A DNA stretch of 60,372 nucleotides, the filler included. It is 5 parts of 5 records of this genome, joined end to end, with 100 filler letters (N's around TTAATTAATTAA, not from the genome) between each part and the next. Parts side by side here need not be neighbours in the genome. Positions count along the whole stretch, not along the records: positions 1 to 12,572 come from SRR20825019_109; 4 more parts are not named here. One strand, given 5' to 3'. The notes beneath the pieces are model-generated. The model was not told the DNA's origin, did not search any database, and was given only the letters and a program-made list of their open reading frames with translations. Every line of letters begins with the position of its first letter. Position 1 is the stretch's first letter. Positions 1-9,764 of this stretch are shown piece after piece. The translations under genes were made by a program, and so were the position numbers.

Positions 1-30
1 GAGCGCCTTCGACCACTCGGCCACCTCTCC
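1..30 (-). tRNA. tRNA-Ser, 5' part only (acceptor 5' strand, D-arm, start of anticodon stem); truncated by window start
   Basis: Reverse complement reads GGAGAGGTGGCCGAGTGGTCGAAGGCGCTC, the typical 5' end of alphaproteobacterial tRNA-Ser; anticodon lies outside the window. Confidence 0.8.
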
Positions 31-452
31 AATGAGGCTCGTGTATGGTCAAACGCCATTGAGATCAAGACATTTTTTCGAAATCTTGACCTCTCCACAG
101 AAACAGACGACATGCAGAAGTTTGCAGAAGAAAACAAGAACGAGAGCGGAACCTGTCACGCTTCTCGTGCAAAACTCGTACAGTCCGTTCGAGATTCGTT
201 CTCGCCTTTCGCGCCATCATTCCTCAACCGGAAAACGGTAGATTTAACTCATCCACATGTTTTAGGTGCAAAGTTGGTTGTGGCCCTGCCGGGGCAACTT
301 TTTTACGTCTGTTATCATAACAGATCACCGAGCGAACACCCTTCCATCAAACGACCCAAGGGTTCTTTGTCGTTTCTGATAGCTGGGTCTCATCAAGAGC
401 AGTTGCCGCGCCAGAAGCACCAAATTCGGGGTAGATCCGGCGCGACTGTACA

Positions 453-1943
453 CTACTCTTTCATCACAGTTCGTCGTGCTTGTGTTCTGGAGCGCCGAAC
501 CACCCAAGCAATGATGATCATGGACGCTAGCAGCAAAAAGAGCGAGATTGGTCGCTGAATCATAGGCAAAAAGCTACCTCGCGAACTCATCAAAGCAGTT
601 CGCAGCGCGTTTTCGGCCATGGGCCCGAGAATGAAACCGATCACAAAAGCTGGCAGTGGAAGACGGTTCAGCAGCATTGCCAATCCGAGAACCGAAAAGC
701 CCAGAAGAACCCAAAGCTCATCAAGATTGCGGCCGGAAACATACGTTCCCAACATGCAAAGGCTGATGACAAGCGATGTCAGCAGGCTCCGCGGGATCCG
801 CATCATATGCGAGAGGCCGACGCTGGCGAACAGCATGACTGGCAGCATCAATATCATCGCAAGCAGCGCAGATGCGATCACGCCGAAGAAGATGTCCGGC
901 CGTTCCACCACGAGGAGCGGACCGGGCTGTATCGCATGAATCATCAGAGCGGAAAGCAGGATGACATCTGCAGGGCTTCCAGGAATGCCGAGACTGATCA
1001 TCGGCACGAGGGCACCCGCCACGGTCGCGTTGTTGCCCGCTTCCGACGCAACGATGCCCTGCTCGGCGCCATTTCCAAACTTTTCAGGATGCTTGTCACT
1101 CGTCTTTGCCACGGTATAGGAAACGGTTGATCCGATCGCGGCGCCAATGCCTGGCAAAATACCGATCGCAGTCCCGATCAGGGAAGAGCGGATGAGCGTC
1201 ATCGGATGTTTCAGCACCGCGCCGATATGTCTGACGATCTCGGGCAGGTTGGCCGAAAACGAACGGCCGTCACTACGTCGCTCAGGCATGATCTCATCGG
1301 CAAGCAGCGGCGCGATGGCGAAGATTCCGAGCAACACCGGAATTGTCGCGAACCCGTTTTGAAGTTGATACAACCCAAACGTCAATCTCGGCTGCGCGTC
1401 TACGGGATCAAGCCCGACCGTGGAAACAACGACGCCCAGCATGCCTGCGAGAATAGCCAGAAGAAATGAGTTTTCTCCGACCGCCGAAATCATCACCAGG
1501 CCCATGACGACCAGGGAAAACGTCTCAAACGGACCAAACCGAAGTCCGAAACGTGCAAGCGGTTCGGCCGCAAAGGCGAGAACCAGCCACGAAATCATAG
1601 ACCCCGCAAACGAGGCGCCGATACCAAGCGCCAGCGCTTTCGATGCCAGCCCCTTGCGCGCCATTGCATTCGCGTCAAGCGTGGTCATGATAGCGGCTGG
1701 CGTTCCGGCCACGCCCATCAACGTCGCGGCGATCATGCCGCCGCTGACATCGCCGACATACATTGAGATCAGCAGAACCTGCGCATCGAGCGGTGCCATA
1801 AAAAATGTAAAAGGCAATGTCAGCGCCATAAGCATGCCACCGTTCAGACCCGGCAGGGCCCCAATGACCACTCCAAGTAGCACGCCAAGTGCACTCAAAA
1901 GAACGATGTGGGTATCGAGCAGTGAGAGAAATGCGCTAAACAT
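453..1943 (-). CDS. tctA: Tripartite tricarboxylate transporter large permease TctA
   Basis: GALPGL, GTPAA.MT.LD, GILPGIG, EAGNNA, LGIPGS motifs; multi-TM; ATG at 1943 with AAAGGT upstream (ORF track start 1967). Confidence 0.9.
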   Translation of the reverse strand: MFSAFLSLLDTHIVLLSALGVLLGVVIGALPGLNGGMLMALTLPFTFFMAPLDAQVLLISMYVGDVSGGMIAATLMGVAGTPAAIMTTLDANAMARKGLASKALALGIGASFAGSMISWLVLAFAAEPLARFGLRFGPFETFSLVVMGLVMISAVGENSFLLAILAGMLGVVVSTVGLDPVDAQPRLTFGLYQLQNGFATIPVLLGIFAIAPLLADEIMPERRSDGRSFSANLPEIVRHIGAVLKHPMTLIRSSLIGTAIGILPGIGAAIGSTVSYTVAKTSDKHPEKFGNGAEQGIVASEAGNNATVAGALVPMISLGIPGSPADVILLSALMIHAIQPGPLLVVERPDIFFGVIASALLAMILMLPVMLFASVGLSHMMRIPRSLLTSLVISLCMLGTYVSGRNLDELWVLLGFSVLGLAMLLNRLPLPAFVIGFILGPMAENALRTALMSSRGSFLPMIQRPISLFLLLASMIIIAWVVRRSRTQARRTVMKE

Positions 1944-1983
1944 ATCGAGCTGACCTTTAATATGCACAATTGCAGACGATCAC

Positions 1984-2478
1984 TTACGGGAGCCGGATTC
2001 CAAGCGCCTGACCGATAACAAAGTGGGTGAATGCAATCAGAATTGTTGCGGCGAGGATCGCGGCCACAATCTGGACGACGAAGCCTCGCCTGCCGCTGTT
2101 TTGTGGAAGAATAATCAAACTCCCCGCGACCGTCAGAAACGCGATTGCGAATTCAAGACCGATCCGCCTGAAGCAAACCAGAGCAACAACACAGGCGAAT
2201 AATCCGAGCAGAGCAAGAGGCTTCACAATAGGCTGAGGCGGGGCTGCTTCAGCAACGGCCAGCGCCAATGACGGCTGGCGCCTCTCAGCGAAAATCTCCC
2301 TCACTTTCATGATGAGATAAACCGCTGAGAGGACCAGCATTGCATAGGAGGCATAGAGGGGAAAAATCTGGCCTCCCACCGGATCGTACGGTGATATTCT
2401 GATGGTCGTCGCCGACTGCACCAGGAATATGGCGCAGCCGACCAGCACAATCGGAAAGACGAGTCTAAGCATTGTCAC
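1984..2478 (-). CDS. tctB: TctB family small permease
   Basis: 164 aa hydrophobic protein with G..FP motif and C-terminal LGIRLP, lying between tctC and tctA. Confidence 0.8.
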   Translation of the reverse strand: MTMLRLVFPIVLVGCAIFLVQSATTIRISPYDPVGGQIFPLYASYAMLVLSAVYLIMKVREIFAERRQPSLALAVAEAAPPQPIVKPLALLGLFACVVALVCFRRIGLEFAIAFLTVAGSLIILPQNSGRRGFVVQIVAAILAATILIAFTHFVIGQALGIRLP

Positions 2479-2506
2479 TCACATCCTCGGTTCCGCTTCG
2501 CCAACG

Positions 2507-3469
2507 CTATTTCGCCGGCCCGATGGCATCGACCGCCGCAGTGATTTCTGCCATGTTTTCGATGATATCGGCACGTGCCGCTTCAGCGTCGGCATATGAG
2601 GCTTCGGTTATTCCACGCTCGACGATCTGAGCCTGTACTGCGGGATCGGCCATCACATTCGCGATTGCCTGGGAGAGCGCCGCAACGGTCTCGCTCGGGG
2701 TGCCTGCGCGCACGAACCACCACCAGCTCAAAGAGAATTGCGCTTGATAGCCCTGGGCGCTTGTGTTCGGAATTTCCGGAAACGAAGGGCTTGCCGTATC
2801 GGAATTTGTGAGCGTTGCCAGTCCCTTGAGATCACCGCTTCGATATACCCCGGCGAACGGACCGGGACCGAAGACACCCAGGCTGGCGACGCCGCCCATC
2901 AGCGATTGAACTTTGGCGGGACCGCCGCCGGGCGTGTTGACATAATTGAATTCGACACCCATTTCGTCCGACAAATGCAGCAACACGATGTGGTCAAGGC
3001 CAAGAATGCCGTCAATCGCAACGTTGACTTCCTGAGGATGCGCGCTGGCATAGTCCGCAAGCTCTTCAAGATTGTCGAATGGAGCGCTTGCCGGACTTGC
3101 GAGAAAGTTTTCCATCCGCCCCGTTTGGGCCAGCGGGATCAACTGCTCCATTGGATCGAAACCAAGCACACCCATTGCTGCGCTGACGAGCAATTGCGGA
3201 TGTGCAATCATGATTGTCTGGCCATTGGCCGGCGCATCCAGCAAGGCCCTGGCCGCAGTCGTCTGACCGGTGCCAGGCCGGTTTACGACCGGAAAAGGCA
3301 CATCAAGCTCTTTCTCAAGGGCAATAGCGATGGTTCGGGCAAGGTTGTCCATCCCTGAACCTGGTCCGGAAGGAACGATCACCTCGACAGCGCCGTCCGG
3401 GAATGCCATCGCGCCTGCAGGGAAAAGGGTTAGTGCGGCCAGTAATCCGATTTTAGCAAGACTTCTCAT
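2507..3469 (-). CDS. tctC: TctC/Bug family periplasmic substrate-binding protein
   Basis: Signal peptide MRSLAK...AMA-FP, VIVPSGPGSGMD, VVNRPG; GGAGG RBS before ATG 3469. Confidence 0.88.
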   Translation of the reverse strand: MRSLAKIGLLAALTLFPAGAMAFPDGAVEVIVPSGPGSGMDNLARTIAIALEKELDVPFPVVNRPGTGQTTAARALLDAPANGQTIMIAHPQLLVSAAMGVLGFDPMEQLIPLAQTGRMENFLASPASAPFDNLEELADYASAHPQEVNVAIDGILGLDHIVLLHLSDEMGVEFNYVNTPGGGPAKVQSLMGGVASLGVFGPGPFAGVYRSGDLKGLATLTNSDTASPSFPEIPNTSAQGYQAQFSLSWWWFVRAGTPSETVAALSQAIANVMADPAVQAQIVERGITEASYADAEAARADIIENMAEITAAVDAIGPAK

Positions 3470-3512
3470 TTCGACACCTCCAAAAGTCGTTATGATTGGC
3501 ATTTATATTTCG

Positions 3513-4910
3513 TCAGATGCGCAACGCCGCTCGCAATTGATCGGCGAGCCGCCTCGTGATTTCGGTCCGTGACGTCGCAATATTGGTGAGCTCCTCAGGG
3601 TCCTCCGTGAGGTCAAACAGCTTCAGCTTGTCGATCGAACCGAATGCGTCTGGATCGAAGTCCGCAGCGGTATTCGGCTTTCCGATTTTCGTTCTTTCGT
3701 AGCCAGCTATGAGCTTGAAACGTCCGTCGGTTATGGCGCGCCAACTCCCGAACCCCGAGATCCGAAAGTCCTGAGGGTCGCCGGCTTCGCCGGTCAACAT
3801 CGGCTGCAGAGGCCGCCCATCCGGATCTCCGGCAACGATTGTGCCGGCCCATTGCGCAAAGGTTGGCCCCAGATCAATCAACGAAACCGGCTCGGGACGT
3901 ACGCATCCAGCGCGAATGCCTGGCCCACTGAAGACCAGGGGAACGCTGAGAGAAGGCTGAAACGGATATTGCTTTGCCCATAGCCCCCTATCGCCGAGCA
4001 TTTCACCGTGATCACTGGCATAGACAATCACAGTATCGGCAAGGCTCCCTGTTCGCTCCAGAACAGCTTGAAAGGTTCCGATCCAGCTATCGATGTTTTC
4101 GATCATCGCGGCATAACGCCTTCGGATCTCCAAATGCATCTCGTTGGAATATTCACCGGGATCGGAAGGCAATGGCAGTTCAGCATTTGCCCAACGCGCC
4201 GCCATAGCGGACGTGACGTCCATAGGCTCATGCGGACCCAGAAAATTCACCTGCAGGAACCAGGGCGTGTCCCCGGCAATGGCACCGGCCATCAATTCCA
4301 CAGCGGACGCCCCGATCCAATTGTCACCATATGCAAAATCGGGCAGCGGTGTTGGCGCGCAATTGCCGTAATTTGGCGTGGGGCGGGTCGCATAGTCGCC
4401 CATGTGTGCGTCAAGCAGCCCATGCTGTCGCAAAAAAGCGGAATATGGTTCCTCGATTCCGTCCCTGGCCGCCATCACAGCATCATGCTTGCCGCCCGAG
4501 TCCGCTCCGCCGGTGAAGCCCGCCGCTGCAAGCGGTGACTGACCGTTTTCACCCCTGTGCCAGCCGTCGAGCCCCCACGAGGCTGCCTGCTTGAAAAGAT
4601 CGAGCTTTCCGCAGGACAGCACCTGGTAGCCTGCATCGCACAAGGCACGATAGAAGGTCGGCATGTCAGCAGGCATGTCGTCTGAGTTGGACCGCACTGG
4701 CGTGCGATCATAGTTGCGTGCCGTTGCCAGACAGGCGCGCGAGGGCGCGCATAGAGGCGACGGGCATATTGCGGATGAAAATTGCGTACCCTTTGCGGCA
4801 AGACGATCAATATTGGGCGTTTTCAGCGCCGACAGAACATTGCCCAGCCAGTCTCCCCGATGCTGGTCGGAAAGCACCAGCAATATGTTCGGCGGGCGTT
4901 CGGAAACCAT
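3513..4910 (-). CDS. Cys-type (formylglycine) sulfatase, no signal peptide
   Basis: PNILLVLSDQHR, CAPSRACLAT (CxPxR), GK, GPHEP, SDHGEMLG; start overlaps upstream stop. Confidence 0.92.
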   Translation of the reverse strand: MVSERPPNILLVLSDQHRGDWLGNVLSALKTPNIDRLAAKGTQFSSAICPSPLCAPSRACLATARNYDRTPVRSNSDDMPADMPTFYRALCDAGYQVLSCGKLDLFKQAASWGLDGWHRGENGQSPLAAAGFTGGADSGGKHDAVMAARDGIEEPYSAFLRQHGLLDAHMGDYATRPTPNYGNCAPTPLPDFAYGDNWIGASAVELMAGAIAGDTPWFLQVNFLGPHEPMDVTSAMAARWANAELPLPSDPGEYSNEMHLEIRRRYAAMIENIDSWIGTFQAVLERTGSLADTVIVYASDHGEMLGDRGLWAKQYPFQPSLSVPLVFSGPGIRAGCVRPEPVSLIDLGPTFAQWAGTIVAGDPDGRPLQPMLTGEAGDPQDFRISGFGSWRAITDGRFKLIAGYERTKIGKPNTAADFDPDAFGSIDKLKLFDLTEDPEELTNIATSRTEITRRLADQLRAALRI

Positions 4911-6061
4911 CAATTCGCCTCCACAACGCAGGACGCAATCGTCAGTGCTTTCAGCCGATCCGGATCCGGAACAAACCCAAGTCCCGGGCCTGGGGGTAAA
5001 TTGATGCGACCGTTACGCACCGTCAGGTCAAGCTCCCCAAGGTCTGTACGTAGTGGATTGGGGTTCGCATCAAGCTCGACGCGGCCGTCTCCGCCACGCG
5101 CCGCAAGCACATGCAGCGAAGCAGCAAGCCCCAAACACGTTCCCATGTAATGAAGAAAAAATCGCGTGTCGTTGGCGAGCGCGTAACTGCCAGCTTCAAA
5201 TGCACCCGAGACACCGCCCCATTTCGCAACATCGGGCTGAATAACGCCTAACCCTTTATAGGTAACCATTTCAGCAAAGCGTTGAGCCGAAAGAATGTTC
5301 TCGCCCGCCGCCAAGGAAATCGGCACACTGGCAGCCAAACGGCTCCATTCCTGAATGGGCCTGTCCGCCCGCAGCGGCTCTTCGACAAATTCAACAGACC
5401 AGTCAGTGAGATCACCAATCAACCCGACCGCATCATCGGCTGTCCAGGCTTGATTGGCATCGACGAAAAGGGTCGCATCAGGCAATAATGCCCGAAATCG
5501 ATCTAAGATCACCCGGTCGGATTGCTGGTCATAGCCCAGTTTTATCTTGATGGCATCATGGCCTGCGCCCACCAGTTGGGGCAATATTCTATCGAAGCTC
5601 GCCGCAGGCGGAGAACTCGCATAGCAGAGCACCTGATCCTCGACCCGATCTGAAAGGAAGTGGGCGAGCGCCACACCCTTCCTGCGTGCGCCGAGGTCCG
5701 CCAAGGCGATATCGACGCCAGCAAGAAGATGTGCAATCGGCCCTGCCTCTCCGATGTGGATCTGCATTTTTGCCAGGTGATCTTCAAGCGCAGGGCGCGC
5801 CTGCCGCCAGTCGCAGGCCGTAATATTCAGCAAGGCGGGGCCGACAAGATCTTCCAGCAGCAACATCTTCGAGATATTGCCGCGGGGCGGGAAATTGCAC
5901 CAGCACTCTCCCCAGCCCCACCCCCCATGCTCATCAATGACGCGCAGAAGGAGGCCGTTACGTAAGGGCATGTCGGCAAGCGAGGATGTTGGACCGTGAG
6001 GGACCACCGCTGACAAAGCATATGCTTCTATGCGTTTGATATTGATAGCTTCACCAGACAT
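4910..6061 (-). CDS. Mandelate racemase/muconate-lactonizing (enolase superfamily) enzyme, sugar-acid dehydratase/cycloisomerase-like
   Basis: GWGECWCNFP, KxK (KIKLG), VDANQ, EEP, AGEN, QPD..KWGG, HYMG, PGLG. Confidence 0.9.
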   Translation of the reverse strand: MSGEAINIKRIEAYALSAVVPHGPTSSLADMPLRNGLLLRVIDEHGGWGWGECWCNFPPRGNISKMLLLEDLVGPALLNITACDWRQARPALEDHLAKMQIHIGEAGPIAHLLAGVDIALADLGARRKGVALAHFLSDRVEDQVLCYASSPPAASFDRILPQLVGAGHDAIKIKLGYDQQSDRVILDRFRALLPDATLFVDANQAWTADDAVGLIGDLTDWSVEFVEEPLRADRPIQEWSRLAASVPISLAAGENILSAQRFAEMVTYKGLGVIQPDVAKWGGVSGAFEAGSYALANDTRFFLHYMGTCLGLAASLHVLAARGGDGRVELDANPNPLRTDLGELDLTVRNGRINLPPGPGLGFVPDPDRLKALTIASCVVEAN

Positions 6062-6089
6062 ATCATCCTCCCCTTACTATTGATTGCTA

Positions 6090-6103
6090 ACTGATTAATC
6101 AGT
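6090..6103. promoter_or_regulatory. Palindromic operator ACTGATTAATCAGT upstream of the enolase-sulfatase-tct operon
   Basis: Perfect 14-bp palindrome; same TGATTAATCA core recurs at 8193-8206. Confidence 0.6.
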
Positions 6104-6333
6104 GCGCGTCAAGTAATTGATATATGTTTAACCTGAGCGTACCGCGTTCGATCCGTCTCGCGATCGAAGCGTGAAATATGGCTGGCTAGATTTGTCCGAA
6201 ATGAAAAGATCGCACGGCGCGGCATCGAACAGGCCGAGCTTGCTCAGGAAGAAGATCAGCCGTCGGACGTTATTCTGCACTTCGGTTGACGAGCCCTGAC
6301 CTCGCCTCCGGCAACGCCAGATACTCTGCGGTT

Positions 6334-7293
6334 TCATACGCCGGCGGTTATTTCGTCCGCTCTATCCCAAAATTCGGCCGGTATCGCATCATTTTGAATG
6401 GCATCGATATTGAACTTCAACTGGTCTGGACTGGCATTTCCAAGCAGGATGGATGCGACTGTTTTCCGGCGTTTCGGAAACGCCAGAGCTGCCTGAGGCA
6501 GGGTGATGTCAAAATCATCGCAGAGCGAAGCCAGAGCACCCACTTTCAGGAGTATTTCCTTTGGCGCGGGACCGTAATCCCAATGCGCATTCGGCGTAAT
6601 ACCGGTCGCAAGAATGCCGGAATTGAAGACCCCGCCAATCACCAGCCGCGTGCCGGTCTGGACACATTTTTCCAATAACCCGTGCTCTGCCGAGCGGTCC
6701 AGCAATGTATAACGTCCAGCAAGAAGTATCAGGTCAAGGTCGACGAGATCCAGGACCGTTCTGCAAATTTCGACCTCGTTCACGCCAATGCCGAACGCAC
6801 TGATGGTGCCCGATTCCCTGAGTTCGGACAGCGCCCGAAACCCGCCCTGTTTCAATTGCGTCAGATAGCCAGAATTGTTAGCGCCGTGCGTTCGTTCGCC
6901 GATATCGTGCACAAACAGGATATCTATGCGGTTGAGTCCGAGGCGCTGCAGACTGTCCTCATACGACCGCATTATTCCATCGTAGGTATAGTTGTAACTC
7001 TGATCAAAAGGCAGAGGGTCAACAAAGCCGTTCAACTTTTCGACGGCGCGGGACGCTGGAGATAAAAGACGTCCAACCTTTGTCGATATGCAGTAATCTT
7101 CGCGGGGTTTATCGCGCAAGAAGTCTCCCAGGATACGCTCGGCCTTACCCTGCCCGTAGTGTGGCGCGGTATCGAAATACCGGATACCGAGCGACCAGGC
7201 GGCCTCAAGTGTCTCGATCGCAGAGTTTCTGGGCACCGCGCTGTAAAGCCCCGCGATTGCTGCAGTACCTAAACCAACGGAAGGTAGTTTCAT
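6334..7293 (-). CDS. Aldo/keto reductase, D-threo-aldose (L-fucose/L-galactose) dehydrogenase-like subfamily
   Basis: GLGTA, FDTAPHYG, STKVGRLL, SLQRLGL.RIDILFVHD, LLAGRYTLLD, GGVFNSGILA. Confidence 0.88.
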   Translation of the reverse strand: MKLPSVGLGTAAIAGLYSAVPRNSAIETLEAAWSLGIRYFDTAPHYGQGKAERILGDFLRDKPREDYCISTKVGRLLSPASRAVEKLNGFVDPLPFDQSYNYTYDGIMRSYEDSLQRLGLNRIDILFVHDIGERTHGANNSGYLTQLKQGGFRALSELRESGTISAFGIGVNEVEICRTVLDLVDLDLILLAGRYTLLDRSAEHGLLEKCVQTGTRLVIGGVFNSGILATGITPNAHWDYGPAPKEILLKVGALASLCDDFDITLPQAALAFPKRRKTVASILLGNASPDQLKFNIDAIQNDAIPAEFWDRADEITAGV

Positions 7294-7419
7294 GCTCGTG
7301 CGCCGATCAGCGGGCGGCAATCGGCATCAGGTAGATACATAGATCCTTTATCAATCATCAGCCGGCGTTGCAGCTGAAACGGCAAGAGGTGATGACTGCA
7401 ATGCACTGCTGCCTTCATT

Positions 7420-8052
7420 TCAATTGCCTTCCATGGCTCTTTGCGTCGCGACCGACAGGTGCTCCGCCAGCTTTGCCTCTGCGGCATTCGCGTCGCCCGC
7501 GGTACACGCCTCCAGAATGGCGATATGTTCGCCCAACGCGCCGAATACTCGTTTGGAATTCAGTCGGATATTCGCCCGGATCAGACGCAAGCGGAGCGCG
7601 TTGATTTGATACACTTCCTCTACAAGACTGTTGGAAACCGCGCTGACCAGTTCGTCGTGAAAACGCCAGTCGACCTCCACGGCCTGACCCAGCACTTCGG
7701 GCGAGGTGTCTTGCTTCGCCAGTTCGAGAACGGCCTTGGTGTCTTTGAGCGTTTCCGCAGCCTTGTCCTGGTGAAACTCGGCATAGTCGGAGACAGACGC
7801 CAATTCGATGATGGAGCGAAGCTGAAAGGCTTCACGGATAAATCGTATCGTCACATCTGCGACTTGGATGCCGCGCTGTGGGTGAACCCTCAGCAGAGAA
7901 TCGTGTTCCAGCCTCTGGATCGCCTCGCGCGCACTGCCCAGAGAAACCCCGGCCAGATCGGCAAGCTCGCGTTGAGTCACAAACTGCCCAGGCTTGAGGT
8001 CGCCGGAAAACAAACGCTCGCGAAAACTTTCATAGGCAGAGATGCGAGACAT
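7420..8052 (-). CDS. GntR/FadR-family transcriptional regulator (FCD domain)
   Basis: N-terminal wHTH (SGDLKPGQ..QRELA..REAIQRLE..PQRG), FCD D..FH and EH motifs. Confidence 0.9.
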   Translation of the reverse strand: MSRISAYESFRERLFSGDLKPGQFVTQRELADLAGVSLGSAREAIQRLEHDSLLRVHPQRGIQVADVTIRFIREAFQLRSIIELASVSDYAEFHQDKAAETLKDTKAVLELAKQDTSPEVLGQAVEVDWRFHDELVSAVSNSLVEEVYQINALRLRLIRANIRLNSKRVFGALGEHIAILEACTAGDANAAEAKLAEHLSVATQRAMEGN

Positions 8053-8114
8053 CAATAATTTCCTTGATTGCTAATTCGTGAGTTCGGCTGCGGTGAATTT
8101 TAGCCTTTTCCCAC

Positions 8115-8150
8115 GCTCATGCTCATGCTCATGCTCATGTTCAAGCTCAC
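8115..8150 (+). repeat. Hexanucleotide tandem repeat (GCTCAT)x4 plus 2 degenerate units
   Basis: gctcat gctcat gctcat gctcat gttcaa gctcac read directly. Confidence 0.85.
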
Positions 8151-8175
8151 GCACCAGCATCAAATAAGATATTGA

Positions 8176-8219
8176 TTGACCAATTGTCAAATATTGATTA
8201 ATCAATCATCAAATTGATG
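8176..8219. promoter_or_regulatory. Cluster of palindromes upstream of gntR (TTGAC-N5-GTCAA, ATTGATTAATCAAT, CATCAA-A-TTGATG)
   Basis: Three adjacent inverted repeats in an AT-rich stretch; the central one matches the 6090-6103 core. Confidence 0.6.
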
Positions 8220-8531
8220 ATCGGCTTAGCGATTCAGAGATATTGCAACGGTTATTCGTGCGAGAGTGATTTTCCATCGGTCGCGGTAGATGGCTGGCAC
8301 CTGACCAACCCTCTGAATGCCCCGATGAAACGATCGGGTGAGCTGAAGCCGATGCAATTGCGAGTTTAGATTACACCGGAACTGATCTGGAAGCGGACCG
8401 GGCGGCCATGCGTTCGAAGCCCGCGCTTGCTGATTGGATGAAGAGCACCGGCGCATGTCAGCTGGCGTTGGCTGGAGCGGATGACGCACCGAAATGGACA
8501 ATCCTAGCGCAAATCTATCCCGTTGACCGAG

Positions 8532-9764
8532 TTAAAGCTGCCGCGCAACGCGGCGACAGCGCTTTCTGATTTCATGCGTGATGCGCTCCAGGATCCTGCT
8601 CGGATCTCCGGCCATTTCCGACACCCGGCCTGCGACTTCCCCGCAGGCCCCTTCAACCAACTCTGCCAGTTCTTCCACACGCCTGACCGTGGAAGCACCG
8701 CTAAGACCGACATCAGCAGCAAACGCCTTCCAGTCGCTAGCATGCAGTTCAGTCGCTGCGAACTTGCCCGCAATGCTTTGGGGAAGACTTTGGTCGACCT
8801 GAGGGTAAACCGTCGCACACATCAGATCGTAAAGCGGGGCCATTTTCGCCGTTCCACCGGCGCCGATCAGGACGGAATAATTCTTTGCGTGCGAATCCGA
8901 GTTGCAGATCAGAACGTTGAATATGACGGCGTCCAGCAGCGCAATGCGCTCTGCCGGTGAGACAAGCCTTCCGACCGCATTGAAGAGCATCTGCAGGGAG
9001 ATACCGCCGCCTGCAACAGAGCGCTCGTATTTTTGCGACGGAAAGCCTCCAGAAAGCTGGCAGAGATCCTCCTGGTGCAGTCTACGGACTTTTCCTTCAG
9101 CATCTTCGAAACGGTCGTAGCGCTTGACCAGAAGATAGCGGCGGCCACCCGCCTGCCCGATGCTCGCTTCCGCGGCATCCAGTCGGCAGGCCCGGGCAAG
9201 GCTGAGGCAGAACGCCTCGTTTTCGACGCTCCCCGCCAGACGCTCGGTGTCCGGTTTGATGATGTGGGTCGATGGCGTGCCGTCGACGGGAATGGAGAAG
9301 CCTCCGGCCGCATCGACGAAAACAGGCAGCTTTTCCTGGACGCCCGCAAGAGACATGGAAACGCCCCGTTCTCCGACAAGAAAAGGTCTCGCCGGGAGTT
9401 CGTTCAAGATACGCTCCAGCGCCGCCTCGTTCGGAACGGGCTGAAGATGGATGCCTGCTTTCCTTGGTTCGCCGATCGACAGAGCGCCGGCTGTATCGCG
9501 TCCAATATGGCTCAGCAGTCCGACGATATCCTGCGGCGACACCTTGAGACGCTGACCGATCTCGGCGAGATGCGTTTCCGGAAGCAGATTTGCAAGCCAC
9601 GGCAGCAGCCGTTCCGGACCGATCGTTCCGGTCCGAAGTGGCATGGACAGCGAGACCGGAAAGGCCGAATGGCGGGCTTCCCACGAGGAATCGTAGTCGA
9701 GCCGCCATGCATCCGTAAACGAGAGAGCGCCGACGGGAAAGGTCTCATAGTAAATTGCTGTCAT
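8532..9764 (-). CDS. hipA: HipA family Ser/Thr kinase toxin
   Basis: N-terminal couple_hipA (SLSMP, NLLPE), SLAGVQEK, HIIKP, NEAFC, RYDR, HQEDLCQ, D.HAKNYS, APLYDL. Confidence 0.93.
   Translation of the reverse strand: MTAIYYETFPVGALSFTDAWRLDYDSSWEARHSAFPVSLSMPLRTGTIGPERLLPWLANLLPETHLAEIGQRLKVSPQDIVGLLSHIGRDTAGALSIGEPRKAGIHLQPVPNEAALERILNELPARPFLVGERGVSMSLAGVQEKLPVFVDAAGGFSIPVDGTPSTHIIKPDTERLAGSVENEAFCLSLARACRLDAAEASIGQAGGRRYLLVKRYDRFEDAEGKVRRLHQEDLCQLSGGFPSQKYERSVAGGGISLQMLFNAVGRLVSPAERIALLDAVIFNVLICNSDSHAKNYSVLIGAGGTAKMAPLYDLMCATVYPQVDQSLPQSIAGKFAATELHASDWKAFAADVGLSGASTVRRVEELAELVEGACGEVAGRVSEMAGDPSRILERITHEIRKRCRRVARQL

Noticed and set aside
1..450. tRNA-Ser as integration site of the adjacent catabolic cluster
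   Set aside because: The cluster lies on the 5' (promoter) side of the tRNA; no integrase or duplicated tRNA 3' end is visible
6128..6337. 69-aa ORF between the AKR and the enolase-family gene
   Set aside because: No recognisable motif; may be a gene remnant but cannot be supported
8226..8501. 91-aa ORF downstream of hipA as a third TA component
   Set aside because: No RBS or domain features; composition looks non-coding
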